Notes: generated by a model from the sequence alone, not told the origin. A stretch of 64,000 nt of DNA from Amoebophrya sp. A120 (GCA_905178155.1 CAJINV010000008.1:992001-1056000); one strand, 5' to 3'; shown: positions 1 to 14,500, counted from the stretch's first letter. Made by a program: numbers and translations.

Positions 1-1
1 G

Positions 2-286
2 GAGCGAATTGCGGGGTGTGCCGACGAAAAGCAGGAAAAAGAAGCGTCCGCGTGCGCCCCAGTGGCGAGCTGCGGCACAGACCTGCACTTTATCGACCAC
101 GACGATGCTACCATTACTTTTGACACCGTGGGCAATCCGACGGTCGTAAGCAAAATACACAGGAACCCTTCATCGAAGGATTACAGTGGGACGGATTGCA
201 CAGATAAAAGGGATCCGTTATCTCCGACGGGGTACTTGTTAATCTTGGTGATATTAACTCTTTCTCTTAGCCTTCATGCGGGCTGA
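2..286 (+). CDS. 3' end of an upstream gene (partial), unknown product with hydrophobic C-terminal tail
   Basis: The frame is open from position 2 to the stop at 286 and ends in YLLILVILTLSLSLHAG. No recognisable domain. Confidence 0.35.
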   Translation, partial: ERIAGCADEKQEKEASACAPVASCGTDLHFIDHDDATITFDTVGNPTVVSKIHRNPSSKDYSGTDCTDKRDPLSPTGYLLILVILTLSLSLHAG

Positions 287-450
287 CTCTGAGCAAATGC
301 AAATCTATGTTTAAGTCTATCTATCTGATAGTCGCATGCCAACGTAGCTCTTTATCTTTTTGGGGTATGCCATTGTCAGTTTTCGGCCTTGCATTACATA
401 CACCATTAAGTTTAAGATTAACCTCGCAATTTGTTTGATTGCTCATCATG

Positions 451-3400
451 TATGAATCTATGGCGCACTACTTCCATTCCAGGGGCCACCGCGACACGAA
501 CGGCGCAAGCGCAGCCTTCTCGACGTCAGGCACTTTTTTGTGTATGGATGCAGCGAATACTCTTCCGGCAGGCAATCAGGAACCTTTATTGCGGAGGCTG
601 GGAAAAAGCATCAATATCCTGAGTAAAAACGTACCCACACCAGGACCAGAGTTAGGATGAGGATTTTGCAACACAAACCTAGGAGTTTTGTGAGTGACGC
701 ATGACAAATTGAGCGCTGCAGTGTAGTGCAGGTTAGCAAGTGCAGCCGCATCACAAATCCAGCTGCTCACCCTGTTCACAGCATCACAAATTCCAAAACA
801 CGACTGGAAATGGCTCTCATGCGGATGCGCATTACAAGTCTTCCTGTCTTTGCAAATCTGCATTACAACTCTGGCGTGGGTACGTTTTTACTCAGGATAA
901 TCAACGCAGTTTCGTCTCGCAAGCTCACGAATGCGTCGCTTGTAGTATTACAATGAAAAATGCCCCCACCCCCGAACTTGGGAAAATTTGTATTGCAAAC
1001 CTTTCCAAATGAAACACTCACCCTCTTGCATCTATCAGCATCACAGGTTTTCAATCGTGAACAGCAAGAATGTAGTGTATTGCAAAAGACCCCAGCAAGA
1101 GCGGCGCTTGTCATGCAAGCGATGCGATACACGCCTAGACCCTGCATAAGAAAGATTCCTACTTCTTTCATGCATGACAAAAAGTCTTCAGTTGGACACT
1201 TCGCATCACAAATGTTTACAATTTAAGGGGTGGGGGGCATTTTTCACTGTAATATGTAGTGCTGATCGCGTCGACGTTTCTCAACTTTCTTCTATGGGGC
1301 CAGATACTTCTGGCCCTACTATTCTTTGTACCTCTTCTTCCGACAGCGATTCATATCGCGTTCCATGGTAACCGTTTTGACTATGCCACCGCCGAAAAAT
1401 ATCCGACAAAACTTTCTGGTCAACTCACGGGTTCAGTTTTTTGGCATCACTGTTGTCCCCCACCTCCGGTCACGTTCATGAGCATAAGTTACTTAGAATT
1501 GCTGAGGGCTATCTCAGCGTCGTTGCAAATGCAATGGATACAAGAGCAAGTCAAAGAACATTGATTGACAAATTTTTGCCAGGTCCACTCGGTTGATAAA
1601 GTTTTTTTATCAACAAGATCGAACGAAGGACAGCGACAGAGATATACGTATGCGCTGCGGGGGGGGGGGCAGAAACAGAACCTGTGATGTGATCAGTGAA
1701 GTTTTGGCTGGTATTACGAGCCGAAGAGCGCAGCCGCAGCAACAAATCCCAATACAGTTGTTGTGGACGCAAAACCCGCTGAAAAGCGGCAGGATGATGA
1801 AACTGAGAGGAATGAGAACGATTGCAGTGCAAATGCGAAGGCCGCTGGAGAAACGATACGGGAACAGCTGTTGCAAGTGTACTTAAAGTACATTGGCGTG
1901 CTGCGGCGCCGGACGGGTTTCGGAAAGGATAAACGGGATATACGAACGCAAATGCAAAGGCCTGCTAAGTTTAGCCAGGAGTTCTATGATGTGCCGTGCT
2001 GTCTCCACAGCCAAGTGTGCTGCACTTTTCTCTTGGTGTTTCTGTTTGTGTCAACGATGGTGCTTGCTCCTGCGCTGGTCGGTGGGTTTTGGAACCTGGC
2101 GAAGCGTATTGAACACAGTGCAGGATGTTTTATGCTGAAGAAACGTCGTCGAAGTCGAGCCAATTCAATGCGTTTTCGTGATATTTGCTTTTCTTCATGT
2201 TGCCCTGCATGCAAGAAATGCAAAGGATGGCGATCTCGTCCAGGTAGCGTTCTTACGCACATGATGACACATATAGATTTTACAGTCTGGTGCACCCCCC
2301 TCTAGTATCCTGCTCTTCAGCAAGTTTTGTAACTATTGGTATTGGTATTGTTGATGCGTGATTTGTGGTTTTCAGTTTCTTCAACGTTCGGGTATTTTTC
2401 CGAAACTTCAACTTGTAGGAATAAGAGAGTCACAATAAATCTTCATGTGCGCAGCTGCGGACTATGCAGCAACGAATTTTCTCGACTTTTTCGTGGGACA
2501 ATTTGCGGCGGCGAGGGGGCACCATCGGGATCCTCCGAAGCTTCCTCCGCCGAGGACACAGAAGCCGGGAAGCTGCTAGAGGCGGAGCTCCAACAGTTTC
2601 GCATCACCATGCTCGACGAACTACGGCTCCTTCACGACTTGCACGATCGGACAACGAAGGTGAATAGAAGCACAGCTGATGAAACACTTTCACCACGACA
2701 TGCCGGCGTGCGGGGTCGCGAGGAAGACGAGGCCGCAGAAGATATTACCACGAGTAGTACCGACATCAAGATAAAAAGGCACCAAGAACCGCAATTACCG
2801 AATGGAGCATCGGAATTGTCTGGTCCCAACTTGTTCTCGTCCCTACCGTGTCCGGAATGTGTGGTGGGTGTCGGCAACACGTGGCGGGTGTGGACCTTCT
2901 GGCACGAGGAGAAGCTGGAGGATTTGGAAACCGTTTTCTTGCAGAATATGCTGGTCCAAGAGCAGCAGGTGCAGGAACATCAAAGTAGAAGTCCCCGGGA
3001 AGATCATGGTCCTCTAGAAGAGGGCGGCCACTCCGTGTCCAACGCAGGGCAGCAGGACCACGTCGTGGTGCCACAGTATCAACACGAGCATCTGTCCATG
3101 AAAAATTTGCGGGTCTTTCTCACCGAGAAGCAGACGCGTTTCATCGAGGCTTTGGCGAAGTTTCGCGATAATGTGACGAGGCGGCCGCGCTGGAACCTGG
3201 TGAGCGACTGGGTGCGTTTCCTTCTGATCTACAACTACGGCGGCCTGTTTCTCGATCTTTCCATTGTCCTTACCCAGCCTCTAGCGGATTGGCTTCCGCG
3301 TCGCTTTGCGGACGGCGTCACAAATTTGGTGTTTTTCCACGCTTGGACGACCCCAGCGTACCAGCTATCATTCCCTCTGGCGCGGGGTGAAGAAAATCTC

Positions 3401-4576
3401 CCCTGGTTCGAAAGCTGGATGATTGCTGCGCAAGCCCCACAGGAGCCGTTTGTGTACGAAACCTTGGTGCAATTTGCGAAAGCCTTCGAAGATCTCCGAC
3501 AGGACCAATTAGCGGGGAGCGAGGCTTTTTGGGAGGACCTTCGTCAGGCAGGCGTGACGATGTGGCAGCCCAACCTTGACCCCTTTCAGCATCAGATTTA
3601 CTTTGCCATGAACGCGGTTTTGCAGAAGCACTACATTACTTCCGCACAACGGGGGGCGGGAGGGGTGCAGCTGCAAGAACAGGCTGCAAATATCACCAGC
3701 AGCGGTGGCACTGCTCCCCATCAAGGTCTTCATCCGCTGGCGGGGACGACCGCGAGTCCCCTACACGAGACACGTGGGGTGAATACGGTTGGATTGACAG
3801 GAGAGGCAGGCACCATTTTATCAGCGTTGCAGCACTATGGGGTACGGACAGAATCATGCTTATCAGACAGCAATGGCGCCGCGAAAATAATGCAAGTAGA
3901 TGTGGGAGAGTTGTGCGCAAGCGGTGTCTTTTCGGGTTTGGGGGCAAGCACGTGCGAAATGGAGCGGCTCGAGTCACTTGCCGACTTTCCGAAGCCTCTA
4001 CTGAAAATGATCAATTTAGATCGGTCCCTTTTTCAAAGGGAGCTCAGACGTATCCGCGAAAATGAAACGGGCCAGATAGACAAGACGAGCGCCAATCCTC
4101 GTTCGACAACCTCCACTTCAGCTCGTGACAAACACGTATCATGCTGCGAGGGCGAAGTAGGTACGAAGGAAGAACTCGAGAACGCGGAAAAGGGTGACAT
4201 GAAACTAGAGCAGGCTGATAAGCCAGTCGTGCCAGAGTCGGGACTCAGAAGCAGCCTGCAGAAGCTCCTCAATTCAGCAGCATTTCCTCAGCAGTTTGCT
4301 CGACTCCAGGAGCTCCAACGTCGTGCAGGTGGTGGTGAGCCCGAGAAGCTCGTTTTCAGTGATCCATCCGTTCACAAACATACGAGTGAGCAGCATACGG
4401 GAATAAAGCCTGCTGCCAATGCCGGTGAGGCTGGTGGTGTCGACCGGACTATTTTTCCGGCCGTTCAATCTCGGAAAGCCAAGAAACACCTGAACAAGAA
4501 AAAGATCCCCATCAAGCACATGAAAGTCGCGCGAAACCCACCCCCAGTCTCCGGAGGCGGAACACACGTAGTTTGA
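451..4576 (+). CDS. Multi-exon membrane-anchored glycosyltransferase, GT32/capsular-polysaccharide-synthesis-like
   Basis: The large exon has NLVSDWVRFLLIYNYGGLFLDLSIVL and ESWMIAA. The 5' exons join in frame after removing elements 615-899 and 946-1254 (GKSIN|AVSS..SLV|VLIAST, then a TM segment). GT-AG intron 1648-1757. The start codon and the link between about 1980 and 2470 are unresolved. Confidence 0.7.
615..899. mobile_element. Introner family A copy 1 (285 bp)
   Basis: 24-bp TIR tatcctgagtaaaaacgtacccac / gtgggtacgtttttactcaggata. DR ATCAA at 610-614 and 900-904. Removal restores the frame. Confidence 0.95.
946..1254. mobile_element. Introner family B copy 1 (309 bp)
   Basis: TIR tattacaatgaaaaatgcccccacccc / ggggtggggggcatttttcactgtaata. 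DR TGTAG at 941-945 and 1255-1259. Homologous to 20290-20594 and 45512-45817. Confidence 0.95.
1400..1611. mobile_element. Degenerate introner-like intron
   Basis: Starts tatccgacaaaactttctggtcaac with a partial inverse gttgataaagtttt near the end. DR AAAAA/AACAA. Removal joins ATAEK to DRTKDSD in frame. Confidence 0.45.
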
Positions 4577-5563
4577 CATACAGGTGCAGGCCGTGAGGAA
4601 GTGTACAACGGCTCGAAAAACGGTCTTTGAGAATTTTTCTGAGCCTAAAAGCCGTAGGAACAGAGCCGAGACCGCGAGTTGTGCGCTTTTCTCTACTAGT
4701 CTTGTACTACGCTTCATCTTATAAATATATTGCAATTCAGAATATTCTTATTTCACGTGTCCCAGGAGGCAGGAGCTAATCGCAGGCTCGACCCTTTTTG
4801 TTGTATACATACTAAACCAAAATCTTTGTCGAAAATGCACGAAAACACTCGGTAAAGGTGCTAGAAATTGTGGCGTTTTATCACTGTCGATACGGCTGCA
4901 CCAGCCGTACTTGCCGTCACTTCACTCAGGGGCTGAACCTACCCGCGTTTGTATCTTTTTGTCTTCCTGTGTCGTCTCCATCGGTTTGTTGCTCTTACAC
5001 ATGTTGCGTCGGTGTTTTCGTGCAGCGTATACCTCCGGCGTTCGTTCATCTTTATGAGTATCAGTTACACGACAGTACACGTATAGACCCCACAGTTGAG
5101 TACATCATCATTATCACTGCCTTTGTTTGTCTGATCGTTTTCGTCCATGTTTTTCGTTCTTTTCGTGCGAGGGGCAGCTGATGCCTATCATGCACAGAAT
5201 TCGTGCGCCGCTTGTAATCCATGCGCAGTGAACTTCTAGAGCATGATATGTAACGAAATAAAGCTATTTTGAACAGGCAGAAGTGTCAGTGATATATATC
5301 TGCAAACACAACCCATGCCTTTCCTTGTGTTGATGTTGTATCAAGCTTTAACTCCAACTCCAAGGGCTTTATAGTGCGATTTCAACTTCGAGACTTACAC
5401 TTACCCTTCGTTCTAGTCATCACATTCAGTTCGAAATTTTCTTCTAGTCTTCTGCTCCCCACGCCTTTGCAAACCGAGAAAGAACTTTGCTTACCTCAAA
5501 AATCGCAATTTATTTTTTGGAGGAAGTAGAGGTAAGCGTAAGTACTCAGACCTATCAGAAGGG

Positions 5564-8500
5564 ATGAGCGAGGAACAAGCTGAGGAGCAGCAGCGGCTCC
5601 AGGAGGACGATGATAGGGTCGCGGGGAAAACGAATCCGAATTCCAGCAGTGGAATTTTGGAGCAAATCTCAACGTGGTTTGGAGGACCCCCGCACAAAGA
5701 AATAGATGTCGGAGACGCAGTACATCACGTGAGGCCAGACATTGACGAAGTCATGATCGACAATGGTAAAGGCGGAGCCCGTGGTCTCGACTATCGACGA
5801 GCATCACCCAACACATCGGAAATTATACCGCGGCGAAGCATTGGCGCAACATCTTCGCTAACAAGCAAGTTGACGGCACCGGCTGGAGCTCCCTGCAAAG
5901 AGGACTCTGCGTCGATGCAAGAGCATGGCGGCGGTGTCATACTGGGGGCTCTCATACTGTCCGGAGTGCTCGTTATTAGTTTGCTATCGGTCGCCATGCT
6001 GGAAATCTCACACTCTTCACATACGACCAGCAGCAGCGCAGAGCAACTTGACGGCACTCTTGACCCGAGCTCCAGTCGTGACGGAACTCCTGTTGTAACT
6101 GACGGTCCTCAGACGTTCAATCGTTATCTCCCGCCGTGCAGCAACAACAATAGGGACACCAGACCCGAGGAAGCGTACGTGTTTTCTTTCGCGCCCCTTC
6201 CGGGAAGTGAGTCCGAAGATGCCGCTTTTGTACCTCTGTTGACAGCCGCGTACGCAATTCGCAAAGCCGACCCTTGTCGTGACATCATTGCCATGCGGCC
6301 TACGACCGACGTCTCAGGGATAAAACGCAATGCGACCTGGGCGACAGCCTCACTCGCACGAAAAATGCACGCTCTCAAAGTGGAGGCCGTGGATGTTCCA
6401 AAGGTGAAAATCGGCGATGAATGTCACACGGCATTTTCAGAGAGCCTCTGGTTCCAAATGTCCTGCAATGACGCAACAAATAAAAGACAAGGAGAAGCAA
6501 TGTTGCGTGGGACATTCGACAAGATCCACGCTTGGAGCCTTACCGGATATCGTGCCCTACTTCTACTAGATGTTGATACTCTCTTGCTGCAACCGGCGGG
6601 GGCCGCCGAGCTTTTCGCAATCATTAATCCCAAGCACAACCAGCAAGAAAATCGTGCAGGATTATCTTTATCCGACGAGCAGGACGAGGGACAGCACTCT
6701 CAAGAAGTAGGGCGACGAGCTGGCGCGAGGAACGAGGGAGCCATGATTGCATTCTCGCCGTTCATCTCCATGAAGCCTTGTTCGGAACTGCGGGAAAACG
6801 CCATGAACGGCGGCCACCCTCTCCCAGATGAATCTTCCAGTTGTGGTGAAGAGGGCCCAATCATGAGTGCGAAGATGGTAGACTTCAATGCGGGCATTCT
6901 GGCCATCAGACCCGGCAACCCGGAGCTGGTCCGCGCATACATGCAGATCCTAGCTACCAAAGATAAGGACATTGCCATGGCGTGCGCTCGAGGGGAGCAA
7001 GGTATGCTGAACACGATCGTACACGAGATGTATTTTGCGGCGGGCGACCAAGCTGCGACGGATCCGTCATTGATTGCCGGCGAGGAGCAATTGCACGCCC
7101 CGCAAGCCAAAAACAGTCACACCGGAGCAGTGTGCTTCGAAGCCAGCGCATTCAACTGCAGGCCAAGCAAGTCCAAAGTTTCTTGCGAGAATGCAAAAAT
7201 TATGCATTTTCAGGGAGTTGAAAAGCCCTGGGTGTTTGTCAACGCAGATGAAGTAGCTTGCCCTTCCTGCGGTGGCGCCAACATGCCGGAGACCGGAAAA
7301 CCGCGAAGCGATTTTGAAGTGTGGAGCCACATGAGAAGGGAAATGGAACGAAATCTCATGACCGAAGAACAGGCGCGTCAACCAACTAGAGGAAGTGCAT
7401 CTTCCGGGAAAGCTTCGCCCGCAATTGTCTTGATGGTATTGTTGAATGTATCAGTATTTGTTATTTTTCTTTATTCACATCACGAATCGCGATACAGCTG
7501 CCACACAGTACGTGCTTACACATGACAGGCATAGTCGATGCAACGTGCTGCGAACAGTAAAAATGAAATATAGAAGTATCATGAATGTATCCGACGTGAT
7601 ATGCCGACGCACGAACGGGATTCGAGGGAGCATCCGGTCAGGTCCGCGCACTGCATGGTGCGCATCGCAAGCGATTGTTAGAAATATTTTTGGGAGCCGA
7701 AGTAAATGAATAATGCGAATGCCTATAGACTTGACTCAAATTATTAGAATGAATTACATCAGGTTCATTCTGGAAGACAAGGGGCGGAGAAGCGGCAGAT
7801 CGTTCGCGAAACCTGGATGCCTATCAACATGATGAAGATCTTTTTTCCTAGTATGCTGGATTCCAATCATCATTATGGGAATCAACACGCAAAAGTAAAT
7901 TAATGCAGTGCCTCCAGCGGAGCCGGTCGTGTCATTGTAAGACTATCGAAGAAGCTTGTACTCGCCTTGTATTTATTGTGTAGCATCAAACTTAGACTTA
8001 CACAGTAAGTACACAGTGTGAGTTGTATCGATATCAAAAAAAAAATCTCAGTCATTATGACGTAAATTGAATACAGCGTCCTCAGGTCCTCTTCATCTTT
8101 TCATCGTCATATTGAAAACCGCACAAATGCAGCCGAATCTGGCAGCTCATTTTGCAGTCGGCGCGCGTGGATGCGATGGCGTGCCTGAGAGGCTGCGCCT
8201 AACTCCGGACGGTTGCGAAGTGGACCAAGACGTGGTCGCCAGCGCCCCCGCAACGACGGCAGAGCTGGAGCGTACCCGTATCTCCGAGGAGAAGTTGAAC
8301 GCGACGCTGCGGACCGAAGCTTTGACGCACGGCGACCTCGTTTTGCTGCCGGTGCGAGATTCGTACGGGATAGATCTTGCGCAGAAGAACAAGGCGGCTT
8401 TTTCGTGGGTGGTGGAGACCTATCCTGATTTTACCTGGATCTTGCATGCGGATGACGATGTGTACGTCAAGGTGCAACCGTTCGAAGCGTTCCTGCTGTC

Positions 8501-8954
8501 GTTGGTTCCGCACGGGAAAAATCCGATTGGCGAACAGGTCGTCGTGGGTGAAATAAAGAAAGAAGGAAGCAGCCACGTCTTGCGAAACATGGCCGCAAGA
8601 AACTGGGAGCCGACTTACGACAAACCGTGGTATCCGGACTACCCGCGGGGCGGGGCGGCCTATGCGGTCACGAAAGGAGTCGCCTCCTTCGTCCGGGACC
8701 ACAGGCAGACGCTACCCAGCTACAACAGCGAGGATGCGTCACTGGGAATTTGGATCGCGGAGTACATGATCCCTGCAGGAATTCCGGTCAAGCTCGTGGA
8801 TACGTCCGGACACTCCAACTTTCTGGACCTCGATTCATTACTACAAGAAAACTCCGCAACCCGTGCATGTTATAGTGGAAGCTACTCCTACACCTACTTC
8901 TCGTTCTCCTGGACCCAGGGGAGCTGGAGGAATTTTGATTTCCTCGTCAGCTGA
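5564..8954 (+). CDS. Probable bifunctional glycosyltransferase: GT8 (glycogenin-like) domain fused to a GT31 (galactosyltransferase-like) domain; 3' end unresolved, may extend to about 10016
   Basis: GT8 motifs FDKIHAWSLTGY..LLLDVDTL, FNAGIL, GEQGMLN and HFQGVEKPW follow an N-terminal TM. A phase-0 GT-AG intron at 7436-7762 gives AIVLM|VHSGRQGAEKRQIVRETW. GT31 motifs HADDDVYV, YPDYPRGGAAY and EDASLG lie in 8151-8870. Confidence 0.75.
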
Positions 8955-11593
8955 TCCTTAGTTATCATCAACATTTTTCTACAGAAAACTCATATTCAAA
9001 ACCATGCGGAGCCAGACACGAGGGAAGTCGTGTACTACAGCGCTTTGTTGTAAAAAGAATTTTAATACGACGTACTAGTCGGAGCGCGAGCGTGTGTGCT
9101 TCAAGAGGAATTTTTGCAGACGTTCTTTATCGAGATGAAAGACAAAGAGAAGTTTGAAAATCACGCCCATCAGTTTAATTATAGCAGGGTGCGGCTTTTT
9201 TTTGTGACCATCACCATCCCAGAGCAGCACTTTTGAAGATTGTTGTGCGACGACTGACGAGCAGACTGCGATGGATTGTCGGAATCCGCGCACGTGGGTG
9301 ATCGGGCACCAACTGACGCCGAAGCAAATGCGAAACTGTCATGAGTTGACAACGAAAGAGAGACACCAGGCTTCCGAGCCCCAGCCAGTGGCGGAGCGTC
9401 AGCAGGGAGTGCTCACCAATATCCATTGAGATGAAGACAGTGCCGGCGATGACGTGTTTCTTCCTTTTATTTGCTGTTGCCTTTCAGTCATCTCCGTTTC
9501 GCAATCGCATGATGCGAAACCGAACGAGTGGAACAAGTTTTGAACACTTTGGCCATAAATTAAGTAATGAAAAACTACCACAGGAGATGTCTGCGTAGTA
9601 GCTGTCTTTGTCTTGTGAGACCACCTCCACACACACTTGAACACGTGTGGCGTAATCTATCCAAGGAAGAATCGGCATCGTCAGCGCTTCGTCTTTTTGC
9701 TCTGATATCAGCCAGCAGCAGCCCAAGGACATCGCAGAGCAGCAAGATAGAACACTCTACCGCGGCCCCTCCGGAGAGAGCGAGCGGACTGCCGTCTTAT
9801 CGCTTGCCAGTGAAGAAAAATATCAAGAATGGCAACGCCATTTCCGGATCGGAGAATCAGAAGCCTCAGCACGAAGGGGAACTCCCGACAGGCACATCGT
9901 CTACAACCAACATTGGTTCGGGTAAGACCCGCAGGCCGTCTCCTCTGCTTTCGGAACGGGCTGGAGAGGGGGAAGCGGGTTCTGATTTGCCTTCGTTCTT
10001 GCAGCCCGTGATTTGAGTTCTTCTCTGGCGCCGTTCTTTCGATCAGCTGCTACCCAACAGGCAAAATCTCATCAGTCTGTTGATCAAAGACGAAACCAGA
10101 TTCATTGCAAATGAAGTGCGCCACCTTCGGTGCTGTCAGGAAAAAAAAAGTGTGTACGTTCCACGCCATCTCTATTCCACACCATCCATTTTGCTTTATT
10201 TTTTGCTTTGCCAGTATTTCTATTTGTATTGTTGCTAATGCTATGCCTTACCCTTACCACCCCAGCGCTCTCCGCGCCAACGAAAGAAACAAGTCCCCCA
10301 GTTGAAGTAAAATTGGGCTCTCACGCAGTACCGTCAGCTTCAGCTATTCGCGTTTGACAACATTTTGCTCATCCTGAACATTGACGAAAAAAGTTCATAT
10401 TATGCGTGGAATCTCCCCAATCCACGCACTTTTCTAAATCTTTTTGCTTGAGCACCGATCGATGAGTACTGCAAGGCCGACCCCAGAATGCAGACACTAA
10501 AAACATTCCCAATTTTTGCAAACAAAAAAAAAGATTGCAAGATAGACTGAACCCGACCATGAAGATGACAGATAATTTTTCATCCACGCGGCCAGCCGCG
10601 TAGCTGGATCGTATGTCAAAGGTAACTCTTCGAACGTGTCCCTTTCGTTCACAGCGTTCCTGGCATGCATCCATCGGAGGATATTAAACAGAAGATGAAG
10701 AGTGACTTGAGGGTACTATGTGTGCGATTCAAAATTCAGACCGCCGCTTCGGTTCCATTCCTCTGGTAGCAGTCACCATTCGAAGGAGGGTGATTGTTGG
10801 CTACACCACGCATCTGGCCACACGCAACGTCTGAAATACCCCGTATTCAAGTAAGCTTTTTCTGCGAGACAGACCGGGGCGAGCACTACATGGCTCATTG
10901 AGTGGATTGAGACAATCGGAATCGCTACAACTGGTGTGTAGAATAAAACTTCAAGGTAGATCTGTATCACTGAGCAGACACTGAAATAATAAATTCAACT
11001 CGGCGTCGCGACTCATGCCTTTCTTTGAGTAGCTGGTGGTAGCGGTCGGTCGCTACGTAGTTGGTCCGCAATGCAAATGTCGTCGCTGTTGCCAAACCAC
11101 CGGCGGGTGCAAGTTCTGGATCCGAAAACAACCGAAATGAATGGAACCAACAGACAAGGTGCAATATCCCGAAGTAATAAACCGCGCGCGGCTCCGGACA
11201 AACAACCTCTGCCGATACTCTAATCATGTATGAGTCTACTCAGCTAGCTAAAGAAGCAACGCTAAGTATCTATGGTGTATGCGTTGAGCTCATCAACATG
11301 AACGGATCAGACACTGGCAAAACGAAATGGAGCTATAGTTGCATACGCCTTGCCTTGTTGCCTGCGGAAGACGGTAGTGCAGTCGCAATTCCGCGTCGCC
11401 GCGTTCATCTGAGTTAGTTTGAGCATGGAAAAAGAAGGAGAGATAAACGAAAGGCGTACAAGGTCGAGGCTTGTAAGATTTCTATTTGTAGGGTCGGCAG
11501 CTGCTGTGGAGACGGAGACCACCAAGTGTCTTTTCCCAGGCATGACAGGGTACGACGATATCGACTTCCACTTCCAGCAATGGGTCCCTCGCC

Positions 11594-14500
11594 ATGGCTA
11601 CAGGTGGGCTCGCGGGCCTCGCCCTGCTGCAGATGGCAGACCAGCGCCTCGGGTTGACCAACGATTTGAACCTGGCGTGGAAAATTTTTCTATCAAATGC
11701 AAAAACGTCTGGGTCTGGAACAAAGCAACCCGTCATGCCAAATCTGAATCATGTAAAAATCTGTGTTGCATCATTACCAAAAGCTGTCCAATTTTGACCT
11801 AATCGAGAGGCAGTTTCTCATGCAGGATAGGCATGATAGAACTGCCACAGAATCTGTCATGCTATGTCCTACATGCCAGACCTCATGGGTCATGGAAAAC
11901 CTGCATGACAAGTCTGACATTCCTCCAGACCCATACATTTTTACATTTGATACTTTCCGCAGTTTTACCAAATGTGGCGCATGGCCAACAAGGAGTTTAC
12001 GGTGACGGATGTGTGGCTCGAGAGTGTGGCCAAATACGGAGACCACAAGACCGCCATCTGTTTCGAGAACAAGCATTTCACCTTCCTGGACATGGAGCGC
12101 ACGGTGCTGCAGATGGCCAGGTACCTATGCAAGAAAAAAACTGTGTAAGAGTAAATCTGTGATGCAGAAAATGCAAAACAGTATACAGTTGTCATGCTGG
12201 AAGTGCGTCGTAGGCAACTATCATACGCGTTTCCACGTACTAGTTGCGCATGACAGGTTTTCCCTGTAATGCAAAGCGAATTTGTGATGCTGCTCTTCCT
12301 ACAAAGTTGTTACACTTACTACACAGTTTTTTTCCTGGATTGTACCTGCTAGAAACTGTCCGGGTAGGTACCGGGGACTCAGTCTGCTTGTACATGGAGA
12401 ACAAGCCTGAGTTCGTTTGCTGGTGGCTCGCGCTAACCCGAATTAATGCGGTCGTTGTATCCATTGAAAATACAAAAATGCTCCTCTGACGAACAGTAAC
12501 AGTTTTTTTGTCTGAACATGAGACTTCCTGCTCCTCGCTCTCTCGAAAGAGCATCGTAAGGCACAACAGACACTGGCGGGTCAGATTTCATGCATCACTT
12601 CTCCCATGTACTGAAACTGATAACGATTGTGTTTTGCTTCCGGACGAAGTGAATTCTACTTTTTCTTTCGGTACTAGAGGCCTATTGTCCTCGTGGGGCG
12701 AAATTAATGAGAAATGCATTATAGTTTCTCTTTCCTCGGTTTCTTCCAGTACATGCTGCCTCGTCGAGTAGAACGAACGATTTTGTGTAGTTGCATACCG
12801 AGGCCTCCTGAATTACAACTTGAAGCAGACAGGTCTGTTGCACTGCATCCGTATTTCAAGGACCAAAAACACGGCACATGGCAGTCAAGAACAGGACGCC
12901 GCGGTAGAGGTAGAGCGTGGCGGTGCTGCAGATCGTGATCGCATCACGACCATCATTGTTGACGCGCCTCTCTGGCCGCACGTCGCGGAAATCCAACGTG
13001 AACTCCTCCAGGAAGATGTTCAAGAAAACCAAAAATCGGCGGCGCGATCCGCAAAATTTGACTCAGACGAAACCGCTTCTCGCGGTAGCGGTCAAGCAGC
13101 ACCCCCCAAGGTGAAGATCGTACTCTGGTGCGGAGACAGTAAATCAGCAGCCGCACCACTCCGAGCGCAGACAGGCGGTGAGAATGTTTTTGGGGAGGAC
13201 ACAACCAACACCGTTATGCCTGTTCGAGGACGAGGATTGGAAGTAGAGCTGTCTCCCGTTGAGCAGCAACATCAAGACGCATTTTATTCGAACATGATCA
13301 AGATTTACGAAGTAGACTATACGGATTTGCTGCAGATTCCCGCAACTCCAATTGACCCGGCTCTCAGGCGCGGCGTCAAATTTCAAGACCTTTTCGGGTA
13401 CTTCTTATCTGTTTGCTGTAGTACTAGAGGCCAATATAACTGACAAAACACAGAGTCGTGTTTCACACGAATGACGGGCCCTCGTGTACTCTGCAGCTGA
13501 TGAGTATGTTTTTTGCTGTGCGCTCCTTCGTCCTGTAGTGCATGGCTACGTGGTTCTTCAATTCAATTTGATGTTGTGAAGGAAAGATTTTTGTCTGAAG
13601 TGGATACAACCGAATCGTAAGCTCTTACTTTTGTAACGATAAGAACATCCGCGTCCACGTCGATGCTGCACAATCAAAGGTTCATCTACACTTCTGGTAC
13701 CACGGGGTTACCGAAGGCAGCCAGGGTCTCGCACCTGCGCATGTGGCAGTTCGGTGCGTTCCTGAGCGGCCTGGGGCAGGTGACCAGTCAGGACCGGATT
13801 TACACCTGTCTGCCCATCTTCCACTCTGCCGGGGGCGGCATCGGCGTGATGAGTATGATGATCACAGGGGCTACTCTGGTCCTCGCGCGCCGGTTTTCGT
13901 CGACGCACTTCTGGCGCGAGGTCGTCGAGCAGCGTTGTACCATTATTCAGTACATTGGAGAACTGTGCCGATACCTGGTGAATAGCGAGCAGGCCGGAGA
14001 CGAATTTTCCCGTCGCGAAGATCCAAGAAGAACCGCAGGAATCCCCTCGGCCTCGTCGAACAAGACAACTTCCGGAGTAGAGTATTCAAAGGCTGCATCA
14101 AAGCTGCGACCACAGCAGCAGCCGCACCGCAATCACTGCGTGCGACTGGCGGTGGGCAACGGTCTGCGCCCTGAGGTGTGGCGTGAATTCCAGAACTCCT
14201 TTCAAATCCCAGAAGTTCTGGAGTTCTACGGAGCAACCGAAGGCAATGGGGCCATGGCAAATTCCGTACTGGCGGACTGTCGGTCCAGCGCCCACTCCTT
14301 TCTTGCACCCTTTCTGCAGTTCGTCTCGCGGAGCCTCTCGTCGCCGTTCGCGTTCGTCACCAGATCTTCTTCATCGTCCCAGCACTCGGTAATATCACCA
14401 ACCACGGGCGGACGAGCCGAGCGGCCTCGCGGCGGATCCCCACTTGGAAGCGGAGCAGGTGGTTTGCTTTGCGGCCGAAACCAGGCGAGCAATGTGGTCG

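Noticed and set aside
576-1226. Short ORFs within introners that recur elsewhere (e.g. MQICKDRK, MSCMKEVG)
   Set aside because: They reflect DNA-level homology. Frames and stops differ between copies and there are no transposase motifs.
7817-7907. Possible decayed introner (ATGCC/ATGCA flanks, TAT start) in the GT31 region
   Set aside because: No clear TIR and several alternative junctions are possible, so it is left unresolved.
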